The position numbers and the translations under genes are program-made. From Acidobacteriota bacterium (GTDB lineage Bacteria > Acidobacteriota > Terriglobia > 20CM-2-55-15), in the NCBI GenBank assembly GCA_022821145.1, contig JAJEEE010000084.1:10295-74294 (forward strand): a stretch of DNA of 64,000 nt, written 5' to 3'. Below the pieces are notes generated by a model. It was given only the letters and a program-made list of their open reading frames with translations, was not told the origin of the DNA and made no database searches. Position 1 is the first letter of the stretch. Every line of letters begins with the position of its first letter. This document shows, one piece after another, positions 37,575 through 46,931 of the stretch.

Positions 37575-37880
37575 CTAGGCGGGGGGGCCGCGGGCGGATA
37601 CGCGGCGGAAATGACCGGGCACGATCCACCCGACGGCGTCAACCGGCGCGATCGGCGCCGCAAGGTCCCTGTATTCGACCTGCAAGGGTCCGGACAGTTC
37701 CGCGGCGGCCTGGTGCCGGAGTTGGCAGACCGCGCAGTCCTGGTCGGCCGCGTGTTCTTCGTGACAGATGGCGGCGGCCACCGTGACGCCGGCGAGCAAC
37801 ATCGCCAGGGCGGCGATCCAGATGCGCCGGCCGGAGCCTCGTTGTGCGAGCCCTGTATGCACGGATCCCCTCTTGAACAT
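37575..37880 (-). CDS. Small membrane-anchored Cys/His-motif protein (DUF2946-like, putative metal-binding), copy A
   Basis: N-terminal TM (IWIAALAMLLAGVTVAAAI) followed by HEEHAADQDCAVCQLRHQAAAEL. Located directly upstream of the TBDR. A paralog lies at 38691..38996. Confidence 0.5.
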   Translation of the reverse strand: MFKRGSVHTGLAQRGSGRRIWIAALAMLLAGVTVAAAICHEEHAADQDCAVCQLRHQAAAELSGPLQVEYRDLAAPIAPVDAVGWIVPGHFRRVSARGPPA

Positions 37881-37964
37881 CAGCCTCGCGGAGATTGCCC
37901 GGAGCGGCCAGCGGGCATGCGGATGGACCGCGCGGCTATTCGAAGCGGGCATGCAGGAGACAAG

Positions 37965-38393
37965 TCAGCCGCCATGATCCGGATGCTCCTCATCGGCGCA
38001 TACCGAGCATGCGCCGGCTTGGCAGACACGGGCACTCTGCAGGAGGGCGCCCGCGAGGGTGAGGCTGCCGGCAGCCGACGTCACGGTCTCGGGCAGCGGC
38101 CCGAGCCATTCGGCGAGGGAAGCCGCCCACAGCGCGGCTCCGCCGACGAACGCGAGGACCACGACGGGGTTCTTGCGGCCGGGGCCCAGGACGAGCATCG
38201 CCGCGCCGAGAGAGACGGTCCCGACCCACACGGCTCGCTCGACGCCTTCGGAGAGTGCGAGCGCGGGTGTCGCCGCGACCAGGAACGGCGTGAGGACGCA
38301 GTGCAGGCCGCAACAGACCGCGGCGTACGCGGCAAGTCGCGATCCCGAAGCCAGGTACGCGCTCGACGGGATGGTTGCACGAGTGTCGTTCAT
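37965..38393 (-). CDS. MerT/MerC-like heavy-metal transport membrane protein
   Basis: Vicinal Cys in TM1 (LAAYAAVCCGLHCVLTPFLV), as in MerT ASACCLGPLVL. C-terminal CQAGACSVC metal-binding cluster. 3-4 TM helices. Start overlaps (ATGA) the stop of the upstream TBDR-leader remnant ORF. Confidence 0.4.
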   Translation of the reverse strand: MNDTRATIPSSAYLASGSRLAAYAAVCCGLHCVLTPFLVAATPALALSEGVERAVWVGTVSLGAAMLVLGPGRKNPVVVLAFVGGAALWAASLAEWLGPLPETVTSAAGSLTLAGALLQSARVCQAGACSVCADEEHPDHGG

Positions 38394-38460
38394 GGTGACG
38401 CGCCGACGGGAGCGGCGGCGGCCGCGGCGGCCGCAAGAGGTTTCGTAATCGCTCGGTGCA
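38390..38460 (-). pseudogene. Remnant of the first about 23 codons of a second TonB-dependent receptor (MHRAITKPLAAAAAAAAPVGASP*)
   Basis: Homologous to the start of the intact TBDR (MHRTITTCLAAAVVATATG). Truncated and followed by the MerT-like gene. Confidence 0.35.
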
Positions 38461-38690
38461 TTGCTCTTCTTCCCTTGTCCCGACGTTTCATCGATCCGCC
38501 AACGACGTCCGTGTGTCGCGAGCCGCCGCGGGCCGCCCGGGAGAACTCCACGTGGCGCTGCCGGCAGTCGGAGGCCCGCGCGGCGACGGCAGAGTCAGCC
38601 ATCGGGCTGGGCGCACTTGCATGCGCCGCCCACACGGGAAATCTCGCCGGCGATGGCGGTATTACAGGCGAACGAAGCGTGTGATGGGAG

Positions 38691-38996
38691 CTAGCCGGGG
38701 GGGCCGCGGGCGGATACGCGTCGGAAATGAGCGAGTCCGATCCACCCGGCGTCGTCAGCCGGCTCGATCGGTTCCACCAGGTCCGTGTATCCGACCAGCA
38801 AGGGTGTGGACAGTTCCGCGGCGGCCTGGTGCCGGAGTTGGCAGACCGCGCAGTCCTGGTCGGCTGCGTGTTCTTCGTGGCCGGCGGCCGTGGCGAGCGT
38901 GACGCCCGCCAGGACGAGGGCCAAGGCGACGACCCAGCCGTGCCAACCGGAGCCGCGTCCTGCGAATCCCTTGCGGATGGCTCTTCTCTTGACCAT
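38691..38996 (-). CDS. Small membrane-anchored Cys/His-motif protein (DUF2946-like), copy B
   Basis: MVKRRAIRKGFAGRGSGWHGWVVALALVLAGVTLATAAGHEEHAADQDCAVCQLRHQAAAEL... Same length (101 aa) as copy A, with an identical core motif. Confidence 0.5.
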   Translation of the reverse strand: MVKRRAIRKGFAGRGSGWHGWVVALALVLAGVTLATAAGHEEHAADQDCAVCQLRHQAAAELSTPLLVGYTDLVEPIEPADDAGWIGLAHFRRVSARGPPG

Positions 38997-39595
38997 CGGG
39001 AATCCAAATTAGCAGACGCGTCCCCACGGCCGCAAGTGGAATGCGGCGAAAACAAGGATGCCGCGGTGGCCACTTTCAGTGTGGTGTGGTTGCGGTGGTT
39101 GTACGCGGTTCGGGTTGGCGGTCCGGAAGCGCCGGCGGTTCGGGGTGTACCCAAGCAGTGCTCGGCGTATACGAGTTGAAACGTATCGAATTGCTTCGCG
39201 ACGTGTTCGTCTGGGCCTATAGGCGATCGGCCGCCCGCTACGTTGCGGTCAGGCAATCCCTGGGCAAGCCCGATCCCTTTCGGATGAAACACCGAAAGGC
39301 GCTTCACACGGTTGTCGGCGCGGTCGTTCGCGGACGCAAGAACAAGAAGGGGCTGCCGTCCAGGTCGACGCGTGGACTTGGCGGAACATCGAAGAACCGG
39401 AGCGCGAGCGGTTCCGGGAGGTTGCCGAACGAGAACTTCTGAACTTGCACGAGGGGAATTTCGCGCGCTACCGAATCAGCCCGCGCGAGTTTGCGGCCTG
39501 GCAGGAGGCCTGGACCCGTTGAACGACCCTCGGCAGGCTTCGGATGCCGTATGGTGGGGTACGTCTCTGATAACAGCCCCTCTACGGGAGCGTTC

Positions 39596-40351
39596 ATGGC
39601 AGCCGATCGAACCACCACGTTGTTCTACGAGCTGTTCAGCCCTCTGCCGCGGCAGGGGCCGGGCTCCGCGGCGAGCACGCGGCGGGCCCTGGGGCTGGTG
39701 CCGGGCGTCGGGCCACGCACGCCCGTGCTCGACGTCGGTTGCGGGACCGGCGCCCAGACGCTCGTGCTGGCGGAGAGCTCGCGGGCGCGGATCGTCGCCG
39801 TCGACAACCACGCCCCGTTCGTCGATGCGCTGAACAGGAAGGCGCGGGAGCGGGGCCTCACGGACCGGCTGGAAGCCCGCGTGGCGGACATGCGCCGACT
39901 CGACTTCGCCGACGGCGCCTTCGACCTGATCTGGTCCGAAGGCGCCGTCTACATCATGGGTGTCGAAGCGGGCCTCCGCGACTGGCGCCGGTTGCTCCGG
40001 CCGCACGGGCACGTCGCGCTGACGGAGGTATGCTGGCGGAAGCCGGAGCCGCCCGCGGAATGCGCGGCGTTCTGGATGGCGGAATACCCGGCTATCCGCG
40101 ACACCTCCGCGCTGGTGGAGGCCGTCGAGGCGTGCGGCTACGAGACGATCGGGCGCTTTCCGCTTCCCGCCTCGGCCTGGTGGGACGACTACTATCGGCC
40201 GTTGCAAGACAACGTCCACGCGTTCCGGAAGCGTCACCGCGGCGCGCCGGATGCGCAGCAGTTGGCGGATCGGTGCCAGAAGGAAATCGACATCTGGCAC
40301 GCCTATTCGGAATACTACGTCTACGAGTTCTTCGTGCTCCGCGCCCTTTGA
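39596..40351 (+). CDS. Class I SAM-dependent methyltransferase
   Basis: VLDVGCGTGAQTLVLAE (motif I), DLIWSEGAVYIMG, GHVALTEV. GGGAG RBS. Confidence 0.75.
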   Translation: MAADRTTTLFYELFSPLPRQGPGSAASTRRALGLVPGVGPRTPVLDVGCGTGAQTLVLAESSRARIVAVDNHAPFVDALNRKARERGLTDRLEARVADMRRLDFADGAFDLIWSEGAVYIMGVEAGLRDWRRLLRPHGHVALTEVCWRKPEPPAECAAFWMAEYPAIRDTSALVEAVEACGYETIGRFPLPASAWWDDYYRPLQDNVHAFRKRHRGAPDAQQLADRCQKEIDIWHAYSEYYVYEFFVLRAL

Positions 40352-40566
40352 GCCGAATCCCACGCCGAAACACCCGGCCGCCGACGAAGGGGTCGTTCGG
40401 GCGGCCGGGAGTTCCTGCCCTGTCACGACCGTTCAGCACCCGCGCCGTCGAGTTTCTGGCTTCGATCCGGCCATTGGCATAGAATCGCACCGCACTTGTA
40501 TAGCAGCGAGCAGGATTCCGGAGTCATGGTCCGGCGTCGCGTCCGACGCCGGACGCGGGAGGACCG

Positions 40567-42723
40567 ATGATGACGAGCATGCGTGGTTTTCGTCGAGCGG
40601 CGGCTGTGGCCGCGGTTGTGTTCCTGGCCGGGTGCGGCGCGGACACCGGAGAGACACCGGGTCCGGACATCGGCGCGGACGACATCGGAGGCGTCGTCAC
40701 GAGCCCGGACGGGCCGGAGGCCGGCGTCTGGGTGATCGCGGAGACCGCGGAGCTGGGAACCCCGTTCGCCCGGATCGTGGTGACCGACGATGCGGGACGC
40801 TACCTGGTTCCGGACCTGCCCGACGCGTCCTACGACGTCTGGGTGCGGGGATACGGGCTCGTCGACTCGGCCCGGGTCCAGGCGTCCCCGGGCGACAGCC
40901 TCGACCTGACGGCCACGGTCGCGCCCGACGATGCGGCCGCGGCCCACTATTACCCGGCCGGCTACTGGTACTCGCTGATCGAGCCGCCCGCCGAGAGCGA
41001 GTTTCCCGGCACGGGGCCCGAGGGCAACGGCATCTCGCCCGGAATGGAAAACCAAGCCGAATGGCTCCGCGCGATGAAGTCCGGCGGCTGCTGGGCGTGC
41101 CACCAGTTGGGCAACCAGGCGACGCGCGAGATCCCGGAGGCGCTCGGGGAGTTCGACTCGTCGGTCGAAGCCTGGGCGCGGCGCATCCTGTCCGGACAGG
41201 CCGGCAACAACATGGCGGGCGGACTGCGCAACATGGGCGAGCAACGGGCGCTGGAGATGTTCTCGGACTGGACCGACCGGATCGCGGCCGGCGAGCTGCC
41301 GCCCGCGCCGCCGCGGCCCTCGGGCGTCGAGCGCAACGTCGTGGTCACCGTCTGGGACTGGGCCGACCCGACCGCGTACCTGCACGACGTCGTGTCCACG
41401 GACCGGCGCGACCCCACCGTGAACGCGGACGGTCCCGTGTACGGGGCGCTGGAGCTGAGCGCGGACTACGTTCCGGTCCTGGACCCGGCGGCGCACACGA
41501 CGGCGGAAATCCCGCTGACGGTCCGCGATCCCGAAACGCCGATGACGAATCAGAACGTGCCCGCGGCGTCGCCCTACTTCGGCGACGAGCCCATCTGGGA
41601 CAGCCGCAACAACGTGCACAACCCGATGATCGACGGCGAGGGGCGCGTCTGGCTCACGACGGCCGTCCGGCCGCCCGAGACCCCGGACGTCTGCCGGGAA
41701 GGCTCCGACCACCCGTCGGCCCGGTTGTTCCCGGTGGCGCGCGCCGGGCGGCACCTGGGCGTCTACGATCCGGCCACCGGCGAGCTGACGCACATCGGCA
41801 CGTGCTTCGGCACGCACCACCTGATGTTCGCCGAGGACGAGGACTCGACGCTGTGGACCAGCGGCGGCGGGCAGGTCGTCGGCTGGCTCAACACCCGCAT
41901 GTTCGACGAGACCGGCGACGAGGAGGCCTCGCAGGGCTGGACGGCGCTCATCATGGACACGAACGGCAACGGCCAGCGCGACGACTATGTCGAGCCGAAC
42001 CAAGAAGTGGACCCGAACCTGGACAAGCGCTTCGGCGGAGCATTCTACGCCGTCGCCCCGGCGCCGGACGGCTCCATCTGGGGTACGTCGCTCGGCTTTC
42101 CCGGGGCGGTCATCCGCCTGGATCCGGGATCGAATCCCCCGGCGACGGCGCTGGCCGAGGTCTACGAGTTGCCGTACGGGAACCCGGCGGCCGAGGTGCA
42201 GGGGTTCTCGCCCCGGGGCGGGGACGTGGACCGCGACGGCGTGTACTGGGCGGCCCTGGCCAGTGGGCACATGGCCAGCTTCGACCGGTCGCGGTGCGCG
42301 GTCCTGAACGGACCGACGGCGACGGGGCAGCACTGCCCCGAGGGCTGGACGATGTACGCCGAGCCGCTGCCCCAGATCCGGGGCGTCGCCGGCCCGGGCA
42401 GCGCCGAGGGCAGCTACTACACCTGGGTGGACCAGTTCGACACGCTGGGCCTGGGCGAGAACGTGCCCATCAACACGGGCAACGCTTCCGAGGGCCTGCT
42501 GGCGCTGGTCGACGGGGAATGGGTCGTGATGCGCGTACCCTATCCACTGGGTTTCTACACGAAGTGGATGGACGGGCGGATCGACGACCCCGACGCCGGT
42601 TGGAAGGGCCGGGGCGTCTGGGCCACCTACAGCAGCCGGGCGCCGTTTCACATGGAGACCGGCGCGGGCACGACCAGCAAGGTCTACAAGTTCCAGGTGC
42701 GGTCCAGCCCGCTGGACAACTGA
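40567..42723 (+). CDS. Lipoprotein with CarboxypepD_reg-like N-terminal domain and a c-type heme-binding motif (CWACH)
   Basis: Lipobox FLAGCG. GVVTSPDGPEAGVWVIAE is CarboxypepD_reg-like. GGCWACHQLG is a CxxCH motif. GGAGG RBS. Confidence 0.6.
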   Translation: MMTSMRGFRRAAAVAAVVFLAGCGADTGETPGPDIGADDIGGVVTSPDGPEAGVWVIAETAELGTPFARIVVTDDAGRYLVPDLPDASYDVWVRGYGLVDSARVQASPGDSLDLTATVAPDDAAAAHYYPAGYWYSLIEPPAESEFPGTGPEGNGISPGMENQAEWLRAMKSGGCWACHQLGNQATREIPEALGEFDSSVEAWARRILSGQAGNNMAGGLRNMGEQRALEMFSDWTDRIAAGELPPAPPRPSGVERNVVVTVWDWADPTAYLHDVVSTDRRDPTVNADGPVYGALELSADYVPVLDPAAHTTAEIPLTVRDPETPMTNQNVPAASPYFGDEPIWDSRNNVHNPMIDGEGRVWLTTAVRPPETPDVCREGSDHPSARLFPVARAGRHLGVYDPATGELTHIGTCFGTHHLMFAEDEDSTLWTSGGGQVVGWLNTRMFDETGDEEASQGWTALIMDTNGNGQRDDYVEPNQEVDPNLDKRFGGAFYAVAPAPDGSIWGTSLGFPGAVIRLDPGSNPPATALAEVYELPYGNPAAEVQGFSPRGGDVDRDGVYWAALASGHMASFDRSRCAVLNGPTATGQHCPEGWTMYAEPLPQIRGVAGPGSAEGSYYTWVDQFDTLGLGENVPINTGNASEGLLALVDGEWVVMRVPYPLGFYTKWMDGRIDDPDAGWKGRGVWATYSSRAPFHMETGAGTTSKVYKFQVRSSPLDN

Positions 42724-42738
42724 TCCGGCGGCCGGCGG

Positions 42739-44154
42739 CTAACGGATGATGAGGAGCTGGCCGGCGTAGATCGTGCTCCCGGCAAGCCCGTTCAGGGCCA
42801 TCAGTTCGCGCACCGCCATGCCGAAGCGCTCGGCGATCCCCGAGAGCGTATCGCCGCGGCGGACACGGTACTGTTCGGGTTCGGCCGACGAGTCGGTCAC
42901 CAACGTCTGTCCAGGATAGATCCGGTCCGAGGACAGCCCGTTGATGGCGCGCAGCCGGCTGAGGCCCATGCCGAGCGTTTCGGCGATTTCCGAGAGCGTG
43001 TCGCCGGGCCGGACGCGGTACTCGCCGGTGGCGGCCGGCCGTGCCGGTTCGTCCGCCGCCTCCGCGACGCGCAACGTCTCTCCCGCGAAGATCCGGTCCG
43101 ACGGCAGCGCGTTGATCGCCATGAGCCGGCTGACGCTCATGCCGAAGTCCTCGGCAATGTCCGACAGCGTGTCGCCGGGGCGGACGCGGTAGGTGGCGCC
43201 GCCCTCGGCCGTGATCATCGGCCGGCCGGGCGCCAGGTAGGCCGGCGTGGAGAAGTCCTCGGGCGCGTCCAGGGCGATCGGGCCGAAGTGGAACGCGTAG
43301 TTCTCGTAGACGTTCACGGCCGCCACGAACTCGGCGTAGAAGTTCATGGACGCGTAGCCGAATGTCCGGCCGTCGTAATTCCGGATGATCGTGGCCATGT
43401 CCGACCCGTGCGCCGCGCGCGCGCGCGCCATCCCGGCCGTCCCGTGGTTGTAGGCCGTGATGGCGAGCGGCCACGATTGGAGGCGCTCGTAGTTGTTGCG
43501 GAGCAGCCGCGCCGCCGCCCGCGTGGCGATCACGGGGTTGGTCCGGTCGTCGCGCCCGCGCCGCACCGTCATGTAGAGGCGGCCCGTGGCCGGCATGAAC
43601 TGCCAGATGCCGACCGCGCCGGCGTAGGATCGCGCCGCGTTCAGATAGGACGACTCCACCAGCGGCAGCAGGGCGATGATCGTTGGAACGCCTTCTTCCT
43701 CGAAGACCTGCCGGAAGTAGGCGTCATAGCGTCCGGAACGGACGACGCCCTCCCTGAAGCGTTCCTTGATGCCGCGCTGCACGTGAATGCGGCCCCGCAG
43801 GACGGCGATGTCGCCGGCCGTCATCCGCACGCCGTCCGCCGCGATGCGGTCGTAGAGCACGCGCGCGTCCGACGTCAGTCCGTCCGGGTTGTCGATCCCG
43901 GCCCGGACCTCGTCGAGCAGGCTCTGGACGCGCCGCACGCCGGAGCGCCGCTCGTCCTCGCCGACCACGTCGTAGATCAGGTCGACGCGTTGCCCGTCGT
44001 GGATGATCAGGTCGTCGGCGCCGTACTCGGCGAAGACTTTTTCCCAGAACTCGATGCGGTCCTCGATGCCGGTGACGGGAAACAGCTCCGGAGACAATTG
44101 CGCGGGGAAAGACAGCGCGACCGCGAGCGAGGCGGCCGAGAGCAGTGTCAGCAT
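42739..44154 (-). CDS. mltD: Membrane-bound lytic murein transglycosylase D-like (SLT domain + 3 LysM)
   Basis: SLT motifs (ESSYLNAARSYAGAVGIWQFMPATG, AYNHG). Three LysM repeats (YRVRPGDTLSDIAEDFGMSVSRLMAINAL, twice more). Start refined to MLTLLSAASL (GGAGGA RBS). Confidence 0.8.
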   Translation of the reverse strand: MLTLLSAASLAVALSFPAQLSPELFPVTGIEDRIEFWEKVFAEYGADDLIIHDGQRVDLIYDVVGEDERRSGVRRVQSLLDEVRAGIDNPDGLTSDARVLYDRIAADGVRMTAGDIAVLRGRIHVQRGIKERFREGVVRSGRYDAYFRQVFEEEGVPTIIALLPLVESSYLNAARSYAGAVGIWQFMPATGRLYMTVRRGRDDRTNPVIATRAAARLLRNNYERLQSWPLAITAYNHGTAGMARARAAHGSDMATIIRNYDGRTFGYASMNFYAEFVAAVNVYENYAFHFGPIALDAPEDFSTPAYLAPGRPMITAEGGATYRVRPGDTLSDIAEDFGMSVSRLMAINALPSDRIFAGETLRVAEAADEPARPAATGEYRVRPGDTLSEIAETLGMGLSRLRAINGLSSDRIYPGQTLVTDSSAEPEQYRVRRGDTLSGIAERFGMAVRELMALNGLAGSTIYAGQLLIIR

Positions 44155-44265
44155 CCGTGGATCCTCCAAGCCATCAGCGTCGTCGGGGCTCGAACATGCC
44201 GCTTCATCGGCCCCGCGCTCCGTCCGTTATTCTACCAAGACGGTACAAGTCTGGTCCCGGCCGTG

Positions 44266-45612
44266 TCACAGCTTTCGCAGCAGCGCCTGGGACGCGACGA
44301 GCAACGGATCCCAGAGGCTGCCGTACGGAGGCGTGTAGCCCAGGTCGAGTTGCGACAGCGCGTCGACCGTCAAACCCGACGTGATGGCCGCGGCGGCGAC
44401 GTCGATCCGCTTGGCCACGTCCCCATACCCGGCCGACTGCGCGCCCACCACGCGGCGGGAGTCCGCGTCGGCGATCAGCTTGACCCAGATCCGGCGCGCC
44501 GTCGGATAGTACGCCGCGCGGTCCTGCGCCTCGATGCGCGCTGACACGGCGCGGATGCGTTCGGCCGCGGCCTCGTTCGAGCACAGACCGGTGCGGCCGA
44601 CGGCCATGTCGAAGACCTTGAGAACGGTCGTTCCCACGGCGCCCGCGAACCGGCTGCGGCGTCCGGCCAGGTTCTCGCCGGCCACGCGTCCCTGCTTGGC
44701 GGCGACCGTGCCCACGTAGTGGATGACGGGCCGCCGCCGTTGAATGCAGAACGCCTCGGCGCAGTTGCCGGCGGCGTAGACGCCCGGCACGTTGGTTTCC
44801 ATGTATTCGTTGACCGCGATCGCTCCGGTCGCTCCGATGCGGACGCCGGCGGCCCCGGCGAGCGCCGTGTTCGGAACGACGCCGGTGTCGAGCAGGACCG
44901 CGTCGGCCGGCGCCGCGCCCGGATGGCCGCGCGACTTCACGCCCGTCACCCGGCCGTCGCCGCCGATGAGCGCGTCGACCGGGCTCGAGGTGCGGACGCC
45001 GACGCCGTGGCGTTCGAGCTCGTACTCGACGATCCGGGCCATGTCGGCGTCCATGCTCGGCATGACCTGGTTTCGCGCCTCGAAGATCGTGACGCCCTTC
45101 CCCAGCCGCCGCAGGCTCTCGGCCATTTCCAGGCCGACGTAACCGGCCCCGACGATCACGACCCTCTCGGCGGCTTCCACCGCCGGGCGCAGCCGGACGG
45201 CGTCCTCCAGCGTGGTCACGGAGAAGACGTTCTCCAGGTCCGTGCCCGGAATCTCCGGGAGCCGCGGCTTGACGCCGGTGGCCAGAAGCAGCCGGTCGTA
45301 GCCCCACCCGACGCGCTCGCCCGTGTCGAGCCGCGCGCCCTCGACGCGTCGTCTGGACGGGAGCACCGTGTCGATGGCGACACGGGTCCGCGCCTCGATG
45401 TCGCGCTCGTTCCGGAGGCGCGCGGGCGTGAACGCGATCAGGTCGTCGGCCTCGACGTCGCCCGCAACGAAGTAGGGAATGCCGCACGTGCTGTAGGAAA
45501 CGGTCGGGCTCTTCTCGAGCACGGTGATCCGGAGGCGCGGATCGAGCCGGCGCGCGCGCGAGGCGGCGGTCATGCCGGCGGCGTTTCCTCCGACGACGAC
45601 GATCCGGTCCAT
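44266..45612 (-). CDS. FAD-dependent pyridine nucleotide-disulfide oxidoreductase (CoA-disulfide reductase / NADH oxidase family)
   Basis: MDRIVVVGGNAAGMTAASRARR (FAD-binding GxGxxG). Active-site YSTCGIPYF. Second Rossmann VVIVGAGYVGLE. Start overlaps the upstream MTase stop (TGATG). Confidence 0.8.
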   Translation of the reverse strand: MDRIVVVGGNAAGMTAASRARRLDPRLRITVLEKSPTVSYSTCGIPYFVAGDVEADDLIAFTPARLRNERDIEARTRVAIDTVLPSRRRVEGARLDTGERVGWGYDRLLLATGVKPRLPEIPGTDLENVFSVTTLEDAVRLRPAVEAAERVVIVGAGYVGLEMAESLRRLGKGVTIFEARNQVMPSMDADMARIVEYELERHGVGVRTSSPVDALIGGDGRVTGVKSRGHPGAAPADAVLLDTGVVPNTALAGAAGVRIGATGAIAVNEYMETNVPGVYAAGNCAEAFCIQRRRPVIHYVGTVAAKQGRVAGENLAGRRSRFAGAVGTTVLKVFDMAVGRTGLCSNEAAAERIRAVSARIEAQDRAAYYPTARRIWVKLIADADSRRVVGAQSAGYGDVAKRIDVAAAAITSGLTVDALSQLDLGYTPPYGSLWDPLLVASQALLRKL

Positions 45613-46352
45613 CAGCGATACCGTTCCCGTTCCACGACCCACGATTCCGGGTCGTCGCCGCCTTCGCGTTCCATGACGACGTGCGTGGCGTCGGCCAGGA
45701 CGCGGACCCGATCGGAACCCAGCGTCCGGGACAGCTCGAGAAACTCGCCCGGCGTGAACGCGGAACGGACCGATCGGGCGTGGACATCCCGCAGGCGCTC
45801 GGGATACCGGCCGCCGTGCCGGCGGATATGCGAGCCGATCCGGAAGCGGTTCGGGCGGACGAGGTCGCGGATCAGGACGGCGCCGCCGGGCTTGGCGATC
45901 CGTGCGACCTCGGCCACGACGGGCGCGGGATCCGACCATTGGTGCAGGACGCCGTCGGACACGACGACGTCGAAGTAGCCGTCCTTGAAGCGGAACCGGA
46001 ACGGCTCTCCGACCTGGAAGAACATCCGGTCCCCCAGACCCCACTCGATCGCGGTGTCGCGCGCCCGGTCGGCCATCGCCCGCGTGCGGTAGACGCCCAT
46101 GGCCAGGAGATCTTCCCGCTTCCATAGCATCTTCATGGCCACGAGGCCGAGCGGGCTGCCCAGGTCCAGCACCATCCCGCTGGAGACGCCCAGGCCCAGC
46201 GCGCGCTCGACGAAGCGTTCCTCCAGTTCCGAGAAGTAGGGCCGGCCGGCGGCTTCCACCCAGCCTTCGATCTCCTCCTCCTCGTCCGCGCCATCGCGGC
46301 CCGCGAACGCCTGCCGGCCGGGATCGACCAGCCGGCGGAGCGTCCGGATCAC
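45612..46352 (-). CDS. Class I SAM-dependent methyltransferase
   Basis: VLDLGSPLGLVAMKM (motif I), DVVVSDGVLHQW, GGAVLIRDL. GTG start overlaps the upstream membrane-protein stop (GTGA). Confidence 0.7.
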   Translation of the reverse strand: MIRTLRRLVDPGRQAFAGRDGADEEEEIEGWVEAAGRPYFSELEERFVERALGLGVSSGMVLDLGSPLGLVAMKMLWKREDLLAMGVYRTRAMADRARDTAIEWGLGDRMFFQVGEPFRFRFKDGYFDVVVSDGVLHQWSDPAPVVAEVARIAKPGGAVLIRDLVRPNRFRIGSHIRRHGGRYPERLRDVHARSVRSAFTPGEFLELSRTLGSDRVRVLADATHVVMEREGGDDPESWVVERERYR

Positions 46353-46837
46353 TCGGCTTCCGGCGCGTTTCCGACCAGGCCGGCGACTTCGTCCAGCAGG
46401 ATGTTGTTCTTGGACATGTACTGGATCTCGCGGAACAGCGCGTAGATGAACGTCGCGAGCGCCAGGGCGCCGAGCCCCGTGTGAATCCAGACCGGGACGA
46501 CGCGCGTGTCGACGCCGGCGCCGATGATGAACACGGCCATGGTGAACACGATCGTCCAACTGGCCGCGGGAAAGACCCCCGCCTTGAACGTCCGGGTCCT
46601 GAGGACGAACTCCTCCCGCCGCGGATGGTCGACCATCAGGTCCTTCACCTGCTTGGCCGTCCCGATGAAGTAGAAGATCGACATGCACTGCGCCAGGACG
46701 ATGACGAACGTTGTGAATAGGGCGAACAGGAAATGCTGGTTGACGTCGGCTCGGCTGTCGACGGCGAATCCCAGGGCTATCGTGATCACGAGGCTGATGG
46801 CGCCCATCAGTGAGCTGGTCAACAGTGCGAGAACCAT
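46349..46837 (-). CDS. Hypothetical 4-TM membrane protein (first gene of the membrane protein / MTase / oxidoreductase operon)
   Basis: Four hydrophobic helices. No family recognised. Translationally coupled to the downstream MTase. Confidence 0.5.
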   Translation of the reverse strand: MVLALLTSSLMGAISLVITIALGFAVDSRADVNQHFLFALFTTFVIVLAQCMSIFYFIGTAKQVKDLMVDHPRREEFVLRTRTFKAGVFPAASWTIVFTMAVFIIGAGVDTRVVPVWIHTGLGALALATFIYALFREIQYMSKNNILLDEVAGLVGNAPEAE

Positions 46838-46931
46838 GGCGTTCCGGGCGAGATTCTAACACGCCGTCGGGGAAGCCCCGGGGCTCCCGGCGGTTGTGCC
46901 CCGGCACGAAATCGTGCTATCTAGAAAGTCG

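Larger units (their letters stand above)
37300..39000. repeat. Diverged tandem duplication: segment about 37300-37880 is homologous to about 38430-39000 (roughly 75-85% identical)
   Basis: Shared blocks: ...TTCATCGATCCGCCAACGACGT..., ...CGATGGCGGTGTTACTGGCGAACGAAGCGCGTGATGGGTGCTAGGCGGGGGGGCCGCGGGCGGATACGCG..., ...TTCCGCGGCGGCCTGGTGCCGGAGTTGGCAGACCGCGCAGTCCTGGTCGGC... They cover the small Cys/His gene, a conserved about 245-nt leader and the TBDR start. Confidence 0.6.

Noticed and set aside
38997-39150. Possible att/boundary repeats for the accessory islands
   Set aside because: Only matches of 8 bp or less were found between candidate island borders. These are not significant.
40423-42651. 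742-aa minus-strand ORF
   Set aside because: It is antisense to the cytochrome-c lipoprotein gene.
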